From assembly GCA_035942035.1 (NCBI GenBank), contig DASZDK010000089.1, positions 6,490 to 70,489 on the forward strand: a DNA stretch of 64,000 nucleotides, in the 5' to 3' direction. The stretch's first letter is position 1; each line of letters starts with the position of its first letter. Below the pieces are notes generated by a model that worked only from the letters and a program-made list of their open reading frames with translations, made no database searches and was not told the DNA's origin. Below, in pieces: positions 56,557 to 64,000 of the stretch. Both the position numbers and the translations under genes were made by a program. Origin of the DNA: Acidimicrobiales bacterium. GTDB taxonomy: Bacteria; Actinomycetota; Acidimicrobiia; Acidimicrobiales; CADCSY01.

Positions 56557-58080
56557 GTGTTCCCGGTGCCCGCCCGGCAGCCACTTCCGGGAACCGAGGA
56601 CCAGATGCGGAAGCACGATGTCACGTCACCAAACTCCCGTCTCCGCACGGGGCGACCGCATCGGCGCCTGGGGGAACCGATCGTGGCAGCATCTCTCGGC
56701 CTGCTGGGAGTGCTCGCAGCCCTGCTCCAGCTGTTCTGGGGTCAAGACATCGGCCTCGCTGACAACGGCGACGGCTTCCGGCTGATGTGCCACTTCCGCT
56801 TGGAGAAGGCGGCGGACGTAATCGCTGACCCGCTCCTGCTCCACTACCGTCCGGTGTCCGTCCATTGCCCGCCGGGGCTGGCGTACCTGTCGTCGCAGCA
56901 GTGGTTGGTCCGCCCGGCGGTGTGGATCTACCAGCTGCGCTACGAATCAGGCTTCGACCTCCGGGTTCTGGGCATCCTGCACTCGGCGCTGTTCGGGCTG
57001 CTCCTCGCCGCGCTGTATCTCGCCCTGCCCGGGCGCCGCCACGCTCGGGTGGTCACGGTCGTGGTGGCTGCGGTCATGCTTGCCGATGTCACCTTCGTGA
57101 CCTACTTCGTGTCCCCGTTCAGTGAGCCAGCGACCTTCTTGGGGCTCCTGGCGATGGTGGCAGCCACGGCTTGGTATGTCCGAGCCCCGGGGAGTCCGTG
57201 GGTGCCGCTCGTGGTCGTGACCTTGGCCACGGCGTTCCTGATTTTGGCCAAGTCGCAGACCTTCGTGTTTGCTTTTCTGGTCGTACCCGTCCTGCTGTCG
57301 AGAACGGTGGAGACAAGGGCTCTTTCGGGGCCGTGGAGCGGCCGCATCGTGCCCGCAGCCGCCGGTGCGGTGCTTGTTGTCACGGCGGCGGGGAACCTAC
57401 TGCAACAGCCGACGTACTTTCTCGAGGGCAACAACCACAATCTGGTGTTTCACACCCTGCTCGTCGACTCGCCGGACCCTCGGTCCGTCCTGCGCTCATT
57501 GGGCGTGTCGGATGATCTCGTGCGCTATCGGGGCACGGGGTACTTCGATCCAGCGGCTGCCGGCAAGGCCGAGGACCCTCAGTACCAAGAGTTCGTTCGG
57601 GTCGTAGGCCGGCGGGAGCTGCTGGTGTACCTCGCCACCCACCCGCATCACTGGCCGCCCCTACTACAGGCCGGTGCGGAGGCCGTGGCCGAGCTCCGGA
57701 CCACCTACCTTTCCAACTACCCGGAGCCCCGTCCGAACGGCGACATCCTCGCCACCCGGCCGAACCCCACCGAGCGGCTGATCGGCTTGCTCCGCCCGGT
57801 CAGCTGGCCCCTGCTGCCGGTGATCTGGCTGGCGGCAATGGTCGGTGGTGCCGTCGCCTTGTTCCGGCGCTCGTCGCAGCGCGATGCCCGGGCGTTGGGG
57901 GCCGTCTGCTTCCTCCTCGGCGCCACGGCAGCGAGCCAAGTCGTCGTCGCCGTGGTTGGCGACGGCTACTACGAACTGGTGAAGCACACCGTGCTCGCCG
58001 GGTACGCCACCGCCCTGCTCCTCGCCGTGGGCGTCGGTGCCCTCGTGCCCGTGGTGGGACGCCGTCTGCGGCGTCGATGA
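56557..58080 (+). CDS. Polytopic membrane protein of unknown family (GT-C-like candidate)
   Basis: 507-aa ORF with about 9 TM segments. Acidic first-loop motif GLADNGDGF. Alternative start ATG 56605. Confidence 0.6.
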   Translation: MFPVPARQPLPGTEDQMRKHDVTSPNSRLRTGRPHRRLGEPIVAASLGLLGVLAALLQLFWGQDIGLADNGDGFRLMCHFRLEKAADVIADPLLLHYRPVSVHCPPGLAYLSSQQWLVRPAVWIYQLRYESGFDLRVLGILHSALFGLLLAALYLALPGRRHARVVTVVVAAVMLADVTFVTYFVSPFSEPATFLGLLAMVAATAWYVRAPGSPWVPLVVVTLATAFLILAKSQTFVFAFLVVPVLLSRTVETRALSGPWSGRIVPAAAGAVLVVTAAGNLLQQPTYFLEGNNHNLVFHTLLVDSPDPRSVLRSLGVSDDLVRYRGTGYFDPAAAGKAEDPQYQEFVRVVGRRELLVYLATHPHHWPPLLQAGAEAVAELRTTYLSNYPEPRPNGDILATRPNPTERLIGLLRPVSWPLLPVIWLAAMVGGAVALFRRSSQRDARALGAVCFLLGATAASQVVVAVVGDGYYELVKHTVLAGYATALLLAVGVGALVPVVGRRLRRR

Positions 58081-58084
58081 GCAG

Positions 58085-58630
58085 CTACGGCCGCCGCACC
58101 ACTCCGACGGTGTCGGTGCGGTTGCCGTCCCAGTCGCCGATGACCGGGACGTCACCGGGGTCGCCGTAGCTCAGGCTCACGTCCCCCACGCCGGTGGTGT
58201 TGGCGTTGCGCAGGTACCAGGTGCCGCCTCGCTTGACCCCGACGCTGTCGGTGCGGTTGCCGTCCCAGTCGCCGATGACCGGGACGTCACCGGGGTCACC
58301 GTAGCCCAGGCTCACGTCGCCCACGCCGGTGGTGTTGGCGTTGCGCAGGTACCAGGTGCCGCCCCGCTTGACCCCGACGGTGTCGGTCCCGTTGCCGTCC
58401 CAGTCCCCACAGATGGGGACGTCATCGGCGTTCCCGTAGAAGAAGCTCGTCTCGGCCGACGTGGGGGCGCTGGACGTCCGCAGGGAGAACCTCCCCGACG
58501 TGAAGGTGCCGGGGGTGTCGACGCCGTCGCCGTTCCAATCGCAGCTGAGCACGTGGGCGTCGGGGGGGCCGTAGGCGAACGACACGTCGGCAATTCCCGT
58601 CGTCAAGGAGTTCCGCAGGTACCACGTCGC
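58085..58630 (-). repeat. In-frame tandem 135-bp (45-aa) repeats, FG-GAP-like D-x-D-G-N-G-x-D motif
   Basis: Unit landmarks (TGTCGG) at 58111, 58246 and 58381. Units 58111-58245 and 58246-58380 are nearly identical. Consensus GDWDGNxTDxVGVKRGGTWYLRNANTTGVGDVSLxYGDPGDVPVI. Confidence 0.9.
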
Positions 58631-59863
58631 CTGCCGTCGCGCCGGTGCGGCGACGAAGAACCAGTCGGAGCGCAGGCCGAACTGTGCCCGGAACTGGGCA
58701 CCGGTCCGGGTGACCGAGCCGGAAGCGCCGCGGACCACCACCTCCAGCACCCGCCCGCCGCCAGCGCCGAGGCCGTTGCGCCGGGTGACGTCGACCGCTT
58801 GGAGGGAGCCGATGGTCGGGAAGGCCGACTCGATGGAGGCGACCGGGATGCTGGCCCTCCAGTTGTGGTTGGGCGATCGGGTGTCGCCCCGGTCCTCCAC
58901 CGCGGGGAAGGTGCCGCCGGCGCTCCAGCCGCCGGTGGAGGACGAGAACTCCGTGGTGGCCACCGCCCCAGACGGGAAGCGACGAACCTCGGCGAAGGTC
59001 TCGCGGATGGCGAGGTCGGTGTTGGCCTGCTCGACGGCCGTGACCGTGCCGTTGGGGGCCGCCGTCGCCACCCCCCCGTAGACCTGGCACGACGTGGTGT
59101 CGCAGGTCTTGGCGAAGGGGTACCGGCCCTGGCTCTGTGCGTACGAACGGGCGGCCACCGCCTGGGCGCGCAAGGCATGCATGCCCAGCCCACCCCCGAG
59201 GTTCCCCCACGACGTCGGCGACTCCAGGGGGACGACGCCTCTCAGGTACGACTCCATGGAGAGGTGGTTGATCGTCCTGGTCACGCCCGCGCTGTCGAGG
59301 ACCTGGAGGCTGCCTCGAAGCCAGCGGCGGGTGCCGTCTGGCTCGCAGGCCTGGATCATCGAGCCACGGTCGTCCCCGGAAGGCGCCTGGGGGAAGAAGG
59401 TGACGGGTCCCGCCACCTGGGCCAGCGGGAACCAGGGCGCGCCGCAGCCGGCGGACTGCTCGACGGCGAAGGTGTTGGCTCCGACCCGGCGGGCCCGGAG
59501 GGCGGCGTAGGAGCCGGCGGCAGCGCTCGTGCCCAGTTGGCCCCGTTCCTGCATCACCGCCGTGTCCCGTCCGTCGAAGCGGATGAGTCGCACGCTCATG
59601 GGCACGTCTGCTCCGAGCGAGCCCGCCGTGGTACCGCCGTAGTAGTGGTTCAGGATCCGGTCGTAGGTCCACCCGTGGTCGAGCGCGTACCCCAGCGCCC
59701 CCCACTGGCCCAGCCCCCGGCCGTGGCCCCAGCCGTGGCCGGTCAGCTCGACGGTGGGGGAAGGGTAGGCGTGGGCCACCGGTGCAATCGCGCCCAGCAG
59801 CCCGGCACAGACCAGAACGGCGGCGGCAAGCCGCCGGGCAACGGGCAGCCTCGCATCAGCCAC
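58085..59863 (-). CDS. Secreted SpoIID/LytB-domain protein with C-terminal 45-aa repeat array
   Basis: GTG at 59863 overlaps the upstream stop by 8 nt (GTGGCTGA). Signal peptide VADARLPVARRLAAAVLVCAGLLGAIAPVAHA. GHGWGHGRGLGQWGA and ALRAQAVAARSYA SpoIID motifs. Four to five C-terminal repeats. Confidence 0.88.
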   Translation of the reverse strand: MADARLPVARRLAAAVLVCAGLLGAIAPVAHAYPSPTVELTGHGWGHGRGLGQWGALGYALDHGWTYDRILNHYYGGTTAGSLGADVPMSVRLIRFDGRDTAVMQERGQLGTSAAAGSYAALRARRVGANTFAVEQSAGCGAPWFPLAQVAGPVTFFPQAPSGDDRGSMIQACEPDGTRRWLRGSLQVLDSAGVTRTINHLSMESYLRGVVPLESPTSWGNLGGGLGMHALRAQAVAARSYAQSQGRYPFAKTCDTTSCQVYGGVATAAPNGTVTAVEQANTDLAIRETFAEVRRFPSGAVATTEFSSSTGGWSAGGTFPAVEDRGDTRSPNHNWRASIPVASIESAFPTIGSLQAVDVTRRNGLGAGGGRVLEVVVRGASGSVTRTGAQFRAQFGLRSDWFFVAAPARRQATWYLRNSLTTGIADVSFAYGPPDAHVLSCDWNGDGVDTPGTFTSGRFSLRTSSAPTSAETSFFYGNADDVPICGDWDGNGTDTVGVKRGGTWYLRNANTTGVGDVSLGYGDPGDVPVIGDWDGNRTDSVGVKRGGTWYLRNANTTGVGDVSLSYGDPGDVPVIGDWDGNRTDTVGVVRRP

Positions 59864-60494
59864 GCAGGTACCACCCGATCCCGCGCCGGAAGCCGACGCT
59901 GTCGGTGCCGTTCCCGTCCCAGTCACCGGTGACGGGGGTGTCACCGGGCTCGCCGTAGTGCACGTGAAGGTGGGCCACGCCGGTGGTGTTGGCGTTGCGC
60001 AGGTACCAGGCGCCGCCCCGGTGCACCCCGACGGTGTCGGTGCGGTTGCCGTCCCAGTCACCGATGACCGGGACGTCACCGGGGTCGCCGTAGCCCAGGC
60101 TCACTTCCCCCACGCCGGTGGTGTTGGAGTTGCGCAGGTACCAGGTGCGGCCTCGCTTGACGCCGACGGTGTCGGTGCGGTTGCCGTCCCAGTCGCCGAC
60201 GACCGGGACGTCACCGGGGTCGCCGTAGCCCAGGCTCACGTCCCCCACGCCGGTGGTGTTGGAGTTGCGCAGGTACCAGGTGCCGCCTCGCCTGACCCCG
60301 ACGGTGTCGGTGCCGTTGGCGTCCCAGTCGCCGCACAGCGGGATGTCGTCGGGGTTGCCGTAGTTGAACGCCCACACCTCCGGGCCGTCGTTGCGGAGGT
60401 AGAAGCGACCCCGGCGGAACACGCCGGGCGTGTCGGTGCCGTTGCCGTCCCAGTCGCACGCCAGGGGCACGTCGTCGGCGTTGCCGTAGAGGAG
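59856..60494 (-). repeat. In-frame tandem 135-bp (45-aa) repeats homologous to 58085..58630
   Basis: Unit landmarks (TGTCGG) at 59900, 60035, 60170 and 60305 (period 135), then 60431. Units at 60035 and 60170 match those at 58111/58246 over most of their length. Confidence 0.9.
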
Positions 60495-61613
60495 TGGCCC
60501 TCCGCCGGTGTGCTCGGCGGCGACGTCAGCACGGAGCCGCTCCAGCTGCCGGTACGTGAGGTCGCCCGGGCACACCGTGGTGCTCACGTCACGGTGGCCG
60601 CTGATGGTGCTCAACGTCACCTTGGTCCCCGCGGCGTAGCGGGAACTTCCGGCGGAGGTGACCGTGACCGAGTCGTCTGCCGCCACACCGTGGAGGGACA
60701 GCTTCCACCCCAGGAGGGAGACCAGGCCGGAGTAGGCCTCCGCCGGTAGGGTGCTGTCCTGGAAGGACCCGAGCACGGCCACCCCGGTGCTGCCGCTGTT
60801 GAAGCCGCCGGCGTGGGCACCGACGACGGCTCGGTCGATCCCGCCGGCCCGGCCCTCGAACACCTGCCCGTAGCGGTCGACCACGAAGTTGTACCCGATG
60901 TCGCACCACTTGTTGGTGTGGGTGTGGAAGTAGTAGATGCCGCGGACGGCGGCGGCGGCGTCGCTGCGGGCGTAGGCATTGGACGAGGCGGTGTGGTGGA
61001 TGATGGCGTTGCGCACGGTGCTGGCGTACTCGGGCCGGCCGTCGCAACCCGGGGCGACCGTCCGCCAGCTCTCGTTGGCGCCCCACTGGCTCCGGCTGAT
61101 CACCGGCGGTTGGGCGACGGCCGCCCCGGCCGGCCGGGTCCCCACCCCGGCGGCCTCCTCGCTGTCGATGGCGTGCATCTTGAGGTCGCGCAGCCGTCCC
61201 TTGCCCACCCGCACCTGGACCTGGCGCACGTCGTGGCCCACCCAAGCCGGTCCCGCCGACGTACGGCCGCGGTCCTCCAACGAGCCGGGGTCCGGCGCTT
61301 CGTCCAGGCCGCCCTCGACGTGGAGCCACTCGCTCCAGCCGCGCTCCTGGCGGACTCGCATCTCGACCTCGCCGGGGGCGTGGCCCTGCCAGTCGAAGCC
61401 GATCATCTCGGCACCGAGGCCGGTCTCGAGCTGGCGCTCCCAGCCTCGGGTCACCTCGCCGGCGCTCAACGGCGTCGTCTTGCCCTCGACGGAGGGACGG
61501 GGCTGGGCCGGCGGAGCCAGTAGCCCGGTGGCGACCAGGGTCACCACCATGGTCAGGGTCACGGCCCTGGGGGCCAGAGGGCGGAGGAGAGGGGTTCGAT
61601 GCGATGGCGGCAT
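59856..61613 (-). CDS. Secreted N-acetylmuramoyl-L-alanine amidase (Amidase_2/PGRP domain) with C-terminal 45-aa repeat array
   Basis: Signal/anchor segment VTLTMVVTLVATGLLAPPA. IIHHTAS, WCDIGYNFVVDRYG and GAHAGGFNSGSTGVAVLG amidase motifs. Five C-terminal repeats of the same family as in the downstream gene. Confidence 0.88.
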   Translation of the reverse strand: MPPSHRTPLLRPLAPRAVTLTMVVTLVATGLLAPPAQPRPSVEGKTTPLSAGEVTRGWERQLETGLGAEMIGFDWQGHAPGEVEMRVRQERGWSEWLHVEGGLDEAPDPGSLEDRGRTSAGPAWVGHDVRQVQVRVGKGRLRDLKMHAIDSEEAAGVGTRPAGAAVAQPPVISRSQWGANESWRTVAPGCDGRPEYASTVRNAIIHHTASSNAYARSDAAAAVRGIYYFHTHTNKWCDIGYNFVVDRYGQVFEGRAGGIDRAVVGAHAGGFNSGSTGVAVLGSFQDSTLPAEAYSGLVSLLGWKLSLHGVAADDSVTVTSAGSSRYAAGTKVTLSTISGHRDVSTTVCPGDLTYRQLERLRADVAAEHTGGGPLLYGNADDVPLACDWDGNGTDTPGVFRRGRFYLRNDGPEVWAFNYGNPDDIPLCGDWDANGTDTVGVRRGGTWYLRNSNTTGVGDVSLGYGDPGDVPVVGDWDGNRTDTVGVKRGRTWYLRNSNTTGVGEVSLGYGDPGDVPVIGDWDGNRTDTVGVHRGGAWYLRNANTTGVAHLHVHYGEPGDTPVTGDWDGNGTDSVGFRRGIGWYLRG

Positions 61614-61682
61614 GGGACTCCTTGCCCGAGCGGGTGGACCATGATGGCATCCCCGCGGTCATGCGCCGGCCACAAGGGCGGT

Positions 61683-62891
61683 TCAGCTGCCGGGCGCTCC
61701 GGGACCGAGGTGCCACACGCCCCCGAGGGAGACCAGCCCGCCCTCGGTCTCGTGGGGGGTGCCGGGGTCCACGTCGAAGCGGACGGCCCGGTGGCGATGA
61801 TCGTAGGTGTGCAGGGCGGCGTAGTCGGTGACGGAGGCGGAGGCGTCGTAGGTGCCGGGGAGGAGAAGGAGGCGGTCGACGACGAGGTCCACCACCCCGT
61901 CGCCTTCGATGCGCTCGGGCACCAACCCGGACTGGCGGGTGGTGGGGTGGGTGAGCTCGACGCCTTGGAGCGTGTGCAGCGCCATGGCGAACACCGGCCG
62001 TTCGACGGGCTGGCTGGCGGCGTAGTGCATGCGGAAGGTGACGGCGTCGCCGGTACGGGCCCTGGTCACGGGTTCGCCTGAGGCGTCGAGCACCTCGAGC
62101 TGCTCCACCACCACCTCGCCCGATCCCCAGCGGGAGCCCAGTCCACCCTCGTCGGCCCGCCCGACGTGGACGTGGTCGAGATAGGCGTCGACCACCTCGT
62201 CGGCGGGCCCGATGTGGCGTAACCGGCCCTCGTCGACCCAGCCGACCACGTCACACAGCGAGCGCACGGAGCCGAGGTCGTGGGTGACGATGACGATGGT
62301 GATGCCCTGAGCCTTGAGCTGGAAGAACTTCTCGTTGCACTTGCGCTGGAACTGCTCGTCCCCCACGGCCAGGACCTCGTCGACGAGGAGCACGTCGGGG
62401 CCGACGTTGATGGCCACCGAGAAGCCCAGCCGCACGTACATGCCCGACGAGTAGTTCTTGACCGGGCTGTCGATGAAGCGCTGGAGGCCGGCGAAGGCGA
62501 CGATGTCGTCGAACTTGCGATCGAGCTCCTTGCGGCCCAGGCCGAGGATCGAGCCGTTGAGGTAGACGTTCTCCCGGCCGGAGAGCTCGGGGTGGAAGCC
62601 GGCCCCGAGCTCGAGCAGGGCCGACACCTTCCCCTCCACCGAGATGTGGCCCGAGTCCGGCCGCAGGATCTTGGCGATGCACTTGAGCAGCGTGCTCTTG
62701 CCCGAGCCGTTCTCGCCGATGAAGCCGAAGGTCTTGCCGGAGGGGATCTCCAGGGAGACGTCGCGCAGCGCCCAGTGCTCCTCGTAGCGGCTGCGGCCTC
62801 GCCGCATGAGGGTGGCCTTCAGGCTCTGGTTGCGCTCCTGGTAGAGCCGGAAGCGCTTGGAGACGGCGTCGACGGTGACGGCGGCGCTCAT
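61683..62891 (-). CDS. wzt: Polysaccharide ABC exporter ATP-binding protein (Wzt/TagH type) with ~150-aa C-terminal extension
   Basis: Start MSAAVTVDAVSKRF. Walker A GENGSGKST, signature YSSGM, Walker B LLVDEVLAVGD. The C-terminal region GEVVVEQLEV...VTFRMHY...LLPGTY looks like a Wzt_C-type beta-sandwich. Confidence 0.9.
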   Translation of the reverse strand: MSAAVTVDAVSKRFRLYQERNQSLKATLMRRGRSRYEEHWALRDVSLEIPSGKTFGFIGENGSGKSTLLKCIAKILRPDSGHISVEGKVSALLELGAGFHPELSGRENVYLNGSILGLGRKELDRKFDDIVAFAGLQRFIDSPVKNYSSGMYVRLGFSVAINVGPDVLLVDEVLAVGDEQFQRKCNEKFFQLKAQGITIVIVTHDLGSVRSLCDVVGWVDEGRLRHIGPADEVVDAYLDHVHVGRADEGGLGSRWGSGEVVVEQLEVLDASGEPVTRARTGDAVTFRMHYAASQPVERPVFAMALHTLQGVELTHPTTRQSGLVPERIEGDGVVDLVVDRLLLLPGTYDASASVTDYAALHTYDHRHRAVRFDVDPGTPHETEGGLVSLGGVWHLGPGAPGS

Positions 62892-62913
62892 CGTCGCCGT
62901 GGGGCTCGACAGG

Positions 62914-63738
62914 TCACAGCTCCTCGGCCAGCTTGGGCTCGAGGCGGTTGAAGACCAGCAGCCCGATGGCCAGGGCCAGCGCCGACACGACCAGCAGGTA
63001 GCCCAGGTCACCCACCGGAGGAATGCGCAGGTCATAGAGCAGGTCGCGGTAGGCCTCCACGAAGCGGACCATGGGGTTGAGCTCGTAGATGGCCCTGAGG
63101 GGCAGGTCGAACCCGAACAGCTCGACGGTCGTCGGCACCACGGTCAGCGGATAGACGATGGGGGTGCTGTAGAACCAGAGCTGCAGCAGGATCGCCATGA
63201 GGTGCTGCACGTCACGAAAGTAGACGTTGAGCACGCTGAGGAGCAGGCCGATCCCGACCACGAACATCGCTTGCACGGCCACCAGCACGACGACCGCCGG
63301 CAACCACGGCAGCACCATGTTGCCGGCGATCAGCAGGGCCACGGCGAACACCGCCAGCTCGATCAACAGCGACACCAGCCAGGACGCCACGTTGGCGGCC
63401 ACCAGGATCTCCCGGGGGAAGTAGACCTTCTGGATCAGCGTGGCGTTGTTGATCAGGGCGGTCATCCCCCCGTTCATGCCGTTGGCCAGGAAGTTCCACG
63501 GAAGCAGGCCGCAGAGCAGGTAGAAGGCGAAGACGTTCATCCCACTGGGGTCACCCGGGGGAATGCGAACCCTCAGGAACACCAGGAACACCACGGTGAA
63601 GATGGCCATGGTGACCAGCGGGTTGAACAGCGACCACGTCCAGCCGAGGATCGAGCGCTTGTACTTGCCCCGGAGCTCCCGGAGCGTGAGGTTGACCATG
63701 AGCTCCCGGGCGTTCGAGAGTTCGGTCAGCGTGGCCAT
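62914..63738 (-). CDS. wzm: ABC-2 type polysaccharide exporter permease (Wzm/TagG type)
   Basis: LTLRELRGKYKRSILGWTWSLFNP N-terminal signature and six TM segments. ATG 63738 (GTG 63756 alternative). Confidence 0.9.
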   Translation of the reverse strand: MATLTELSNARELMVNLTLRELRGKYKRSILGWTWSLFNPLVTMAIFTVVFLVFLRVRIPPGDPSGMNVFAFYLLCGLLPWNFLANGMNGGMTALINNATLIQKVYFPREILVAANVASWLVSLLIELAVFAVALLIAGNMVLPWLPAVVVLVAVQAMFVVGIGLLLSVLNVYFRDVQHLMAILLQLWFYSTPIVYPLTVVPTTVELFGFDLPLRAIYELNPMVRFVEAYRDLLYDLRIPPVGDLGYLLVVSALALAIGLLVFNRLEPKLAEEL

Positions 63739-64000
63739 GAGCGTTCTCCGGGGCACGGGGCCGCAGGGGATGCGGCGCTGATGCCCGCGTCCAGAAGCGC
63801 CGATGATGCCACGGCCCTCGCGGCGGCGGGCGAATCGGTGCCGGTAGCCGGCGGCGTGCTGGGTGACGCCCTGGCTCCAGGCGGAGCCGGGGCTAGGGTG
63901 GCCGGCGATCAGGTCGTCGAGGCGGGTCGGGTGGAATTGACAGACGTCAAGCAGCCGGGGACCAGTGACGATCTCAGGCTCGTCGAGGCCTTCCGTGTCC

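Noticed and set aside
58085-60494. Regularly spaced repeats that could be mistaken for a CRISPR array
   Set aside because: The period is 135 bp with no unique spacers, the units are in frame and translate to a conserved 45-aa protein repeat in two genes, and no cas genes are present.
63757-64000. Open reading frames running to the window edge on both strands (plus frame from ATG 63781; minus frame continuous with wzm)
   Set aside because: Neither translation shows a recognisable motif, and both are mirror frames with similar GC3. A minus-strand extension would give Wzm an atypically long N-terminus, while a plus-strand gene would start only ~25-40 nt from the wzm start. The window does not contain enough sequence to decide.

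Overview
High-GC, densely coding chromosomal segment of actinobacterial type. The assignment rests on a mycothiol-type class III alcohol dehydrogenase, dprE1/dprE2, F420 genes, an LCP ligase and many GTG starts with 4-nt GTGA/ATGA stop-start overlaps. No rRNA, tRNA, CRISPR array, transposase or integrase was recognised. Bases 1-22.7 kb are mostly housekeeping: thioredoxin-reductase-like flavoprotein, DUF72, SufE plus rhodanese, a mycothiol formaldehyde dehydrogenase/MBL hydrolase/matrixin-like protease operon, metH, pepA, a PLD-type cardiolipin synthase, Sir2 deacetylase, a rhodanese-ThiF/MoeB fusion, an Lpd-like flavoprotein, accA divergent from birA, and pabB-pabC. Bases 22.8-63.8 kb form one very large cell-envelope glycopolymer locus. 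It encodes an LCP ligase, sugar-nucleotide enzymes (ugd, uxs, manC-like, three extended-SDR epimerases), dprE2-dprE1, GT2 and GT4 transferases, about six polytopic GT-C-like membrane proteins (two GT39-like paralogues, one DUF2142-like), and a membrane sulfatase/LtaS-like transferase. It also carries a kinase-like/methyltransferase fusion, a UGM-like flavoenzyme, a STELLO/DUF288-like protein, a Wzm/Wzt ABC exporter whose Wzt has a C-terminal extension, and cofD/cofE embedded in a glycosyltransferase operon. The most interesting candidates are two. First, a WbdD-like capping enzyme combined with a module-bearing Wzt and three tandem GT4 genes suggests a cap-controlled polymannose-type pathway that is further elaborated outside the membrane. 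Second, two translationally coupled peptidoglycan enzymes (SpoIID/LytB-type and Amidase_2-type) share near-identical 135-bp (45-aa) C-terminal repeats. All functional calls come from motifs read in the supplied ORF translations. No database search, GC calculation or structure prediction was run.
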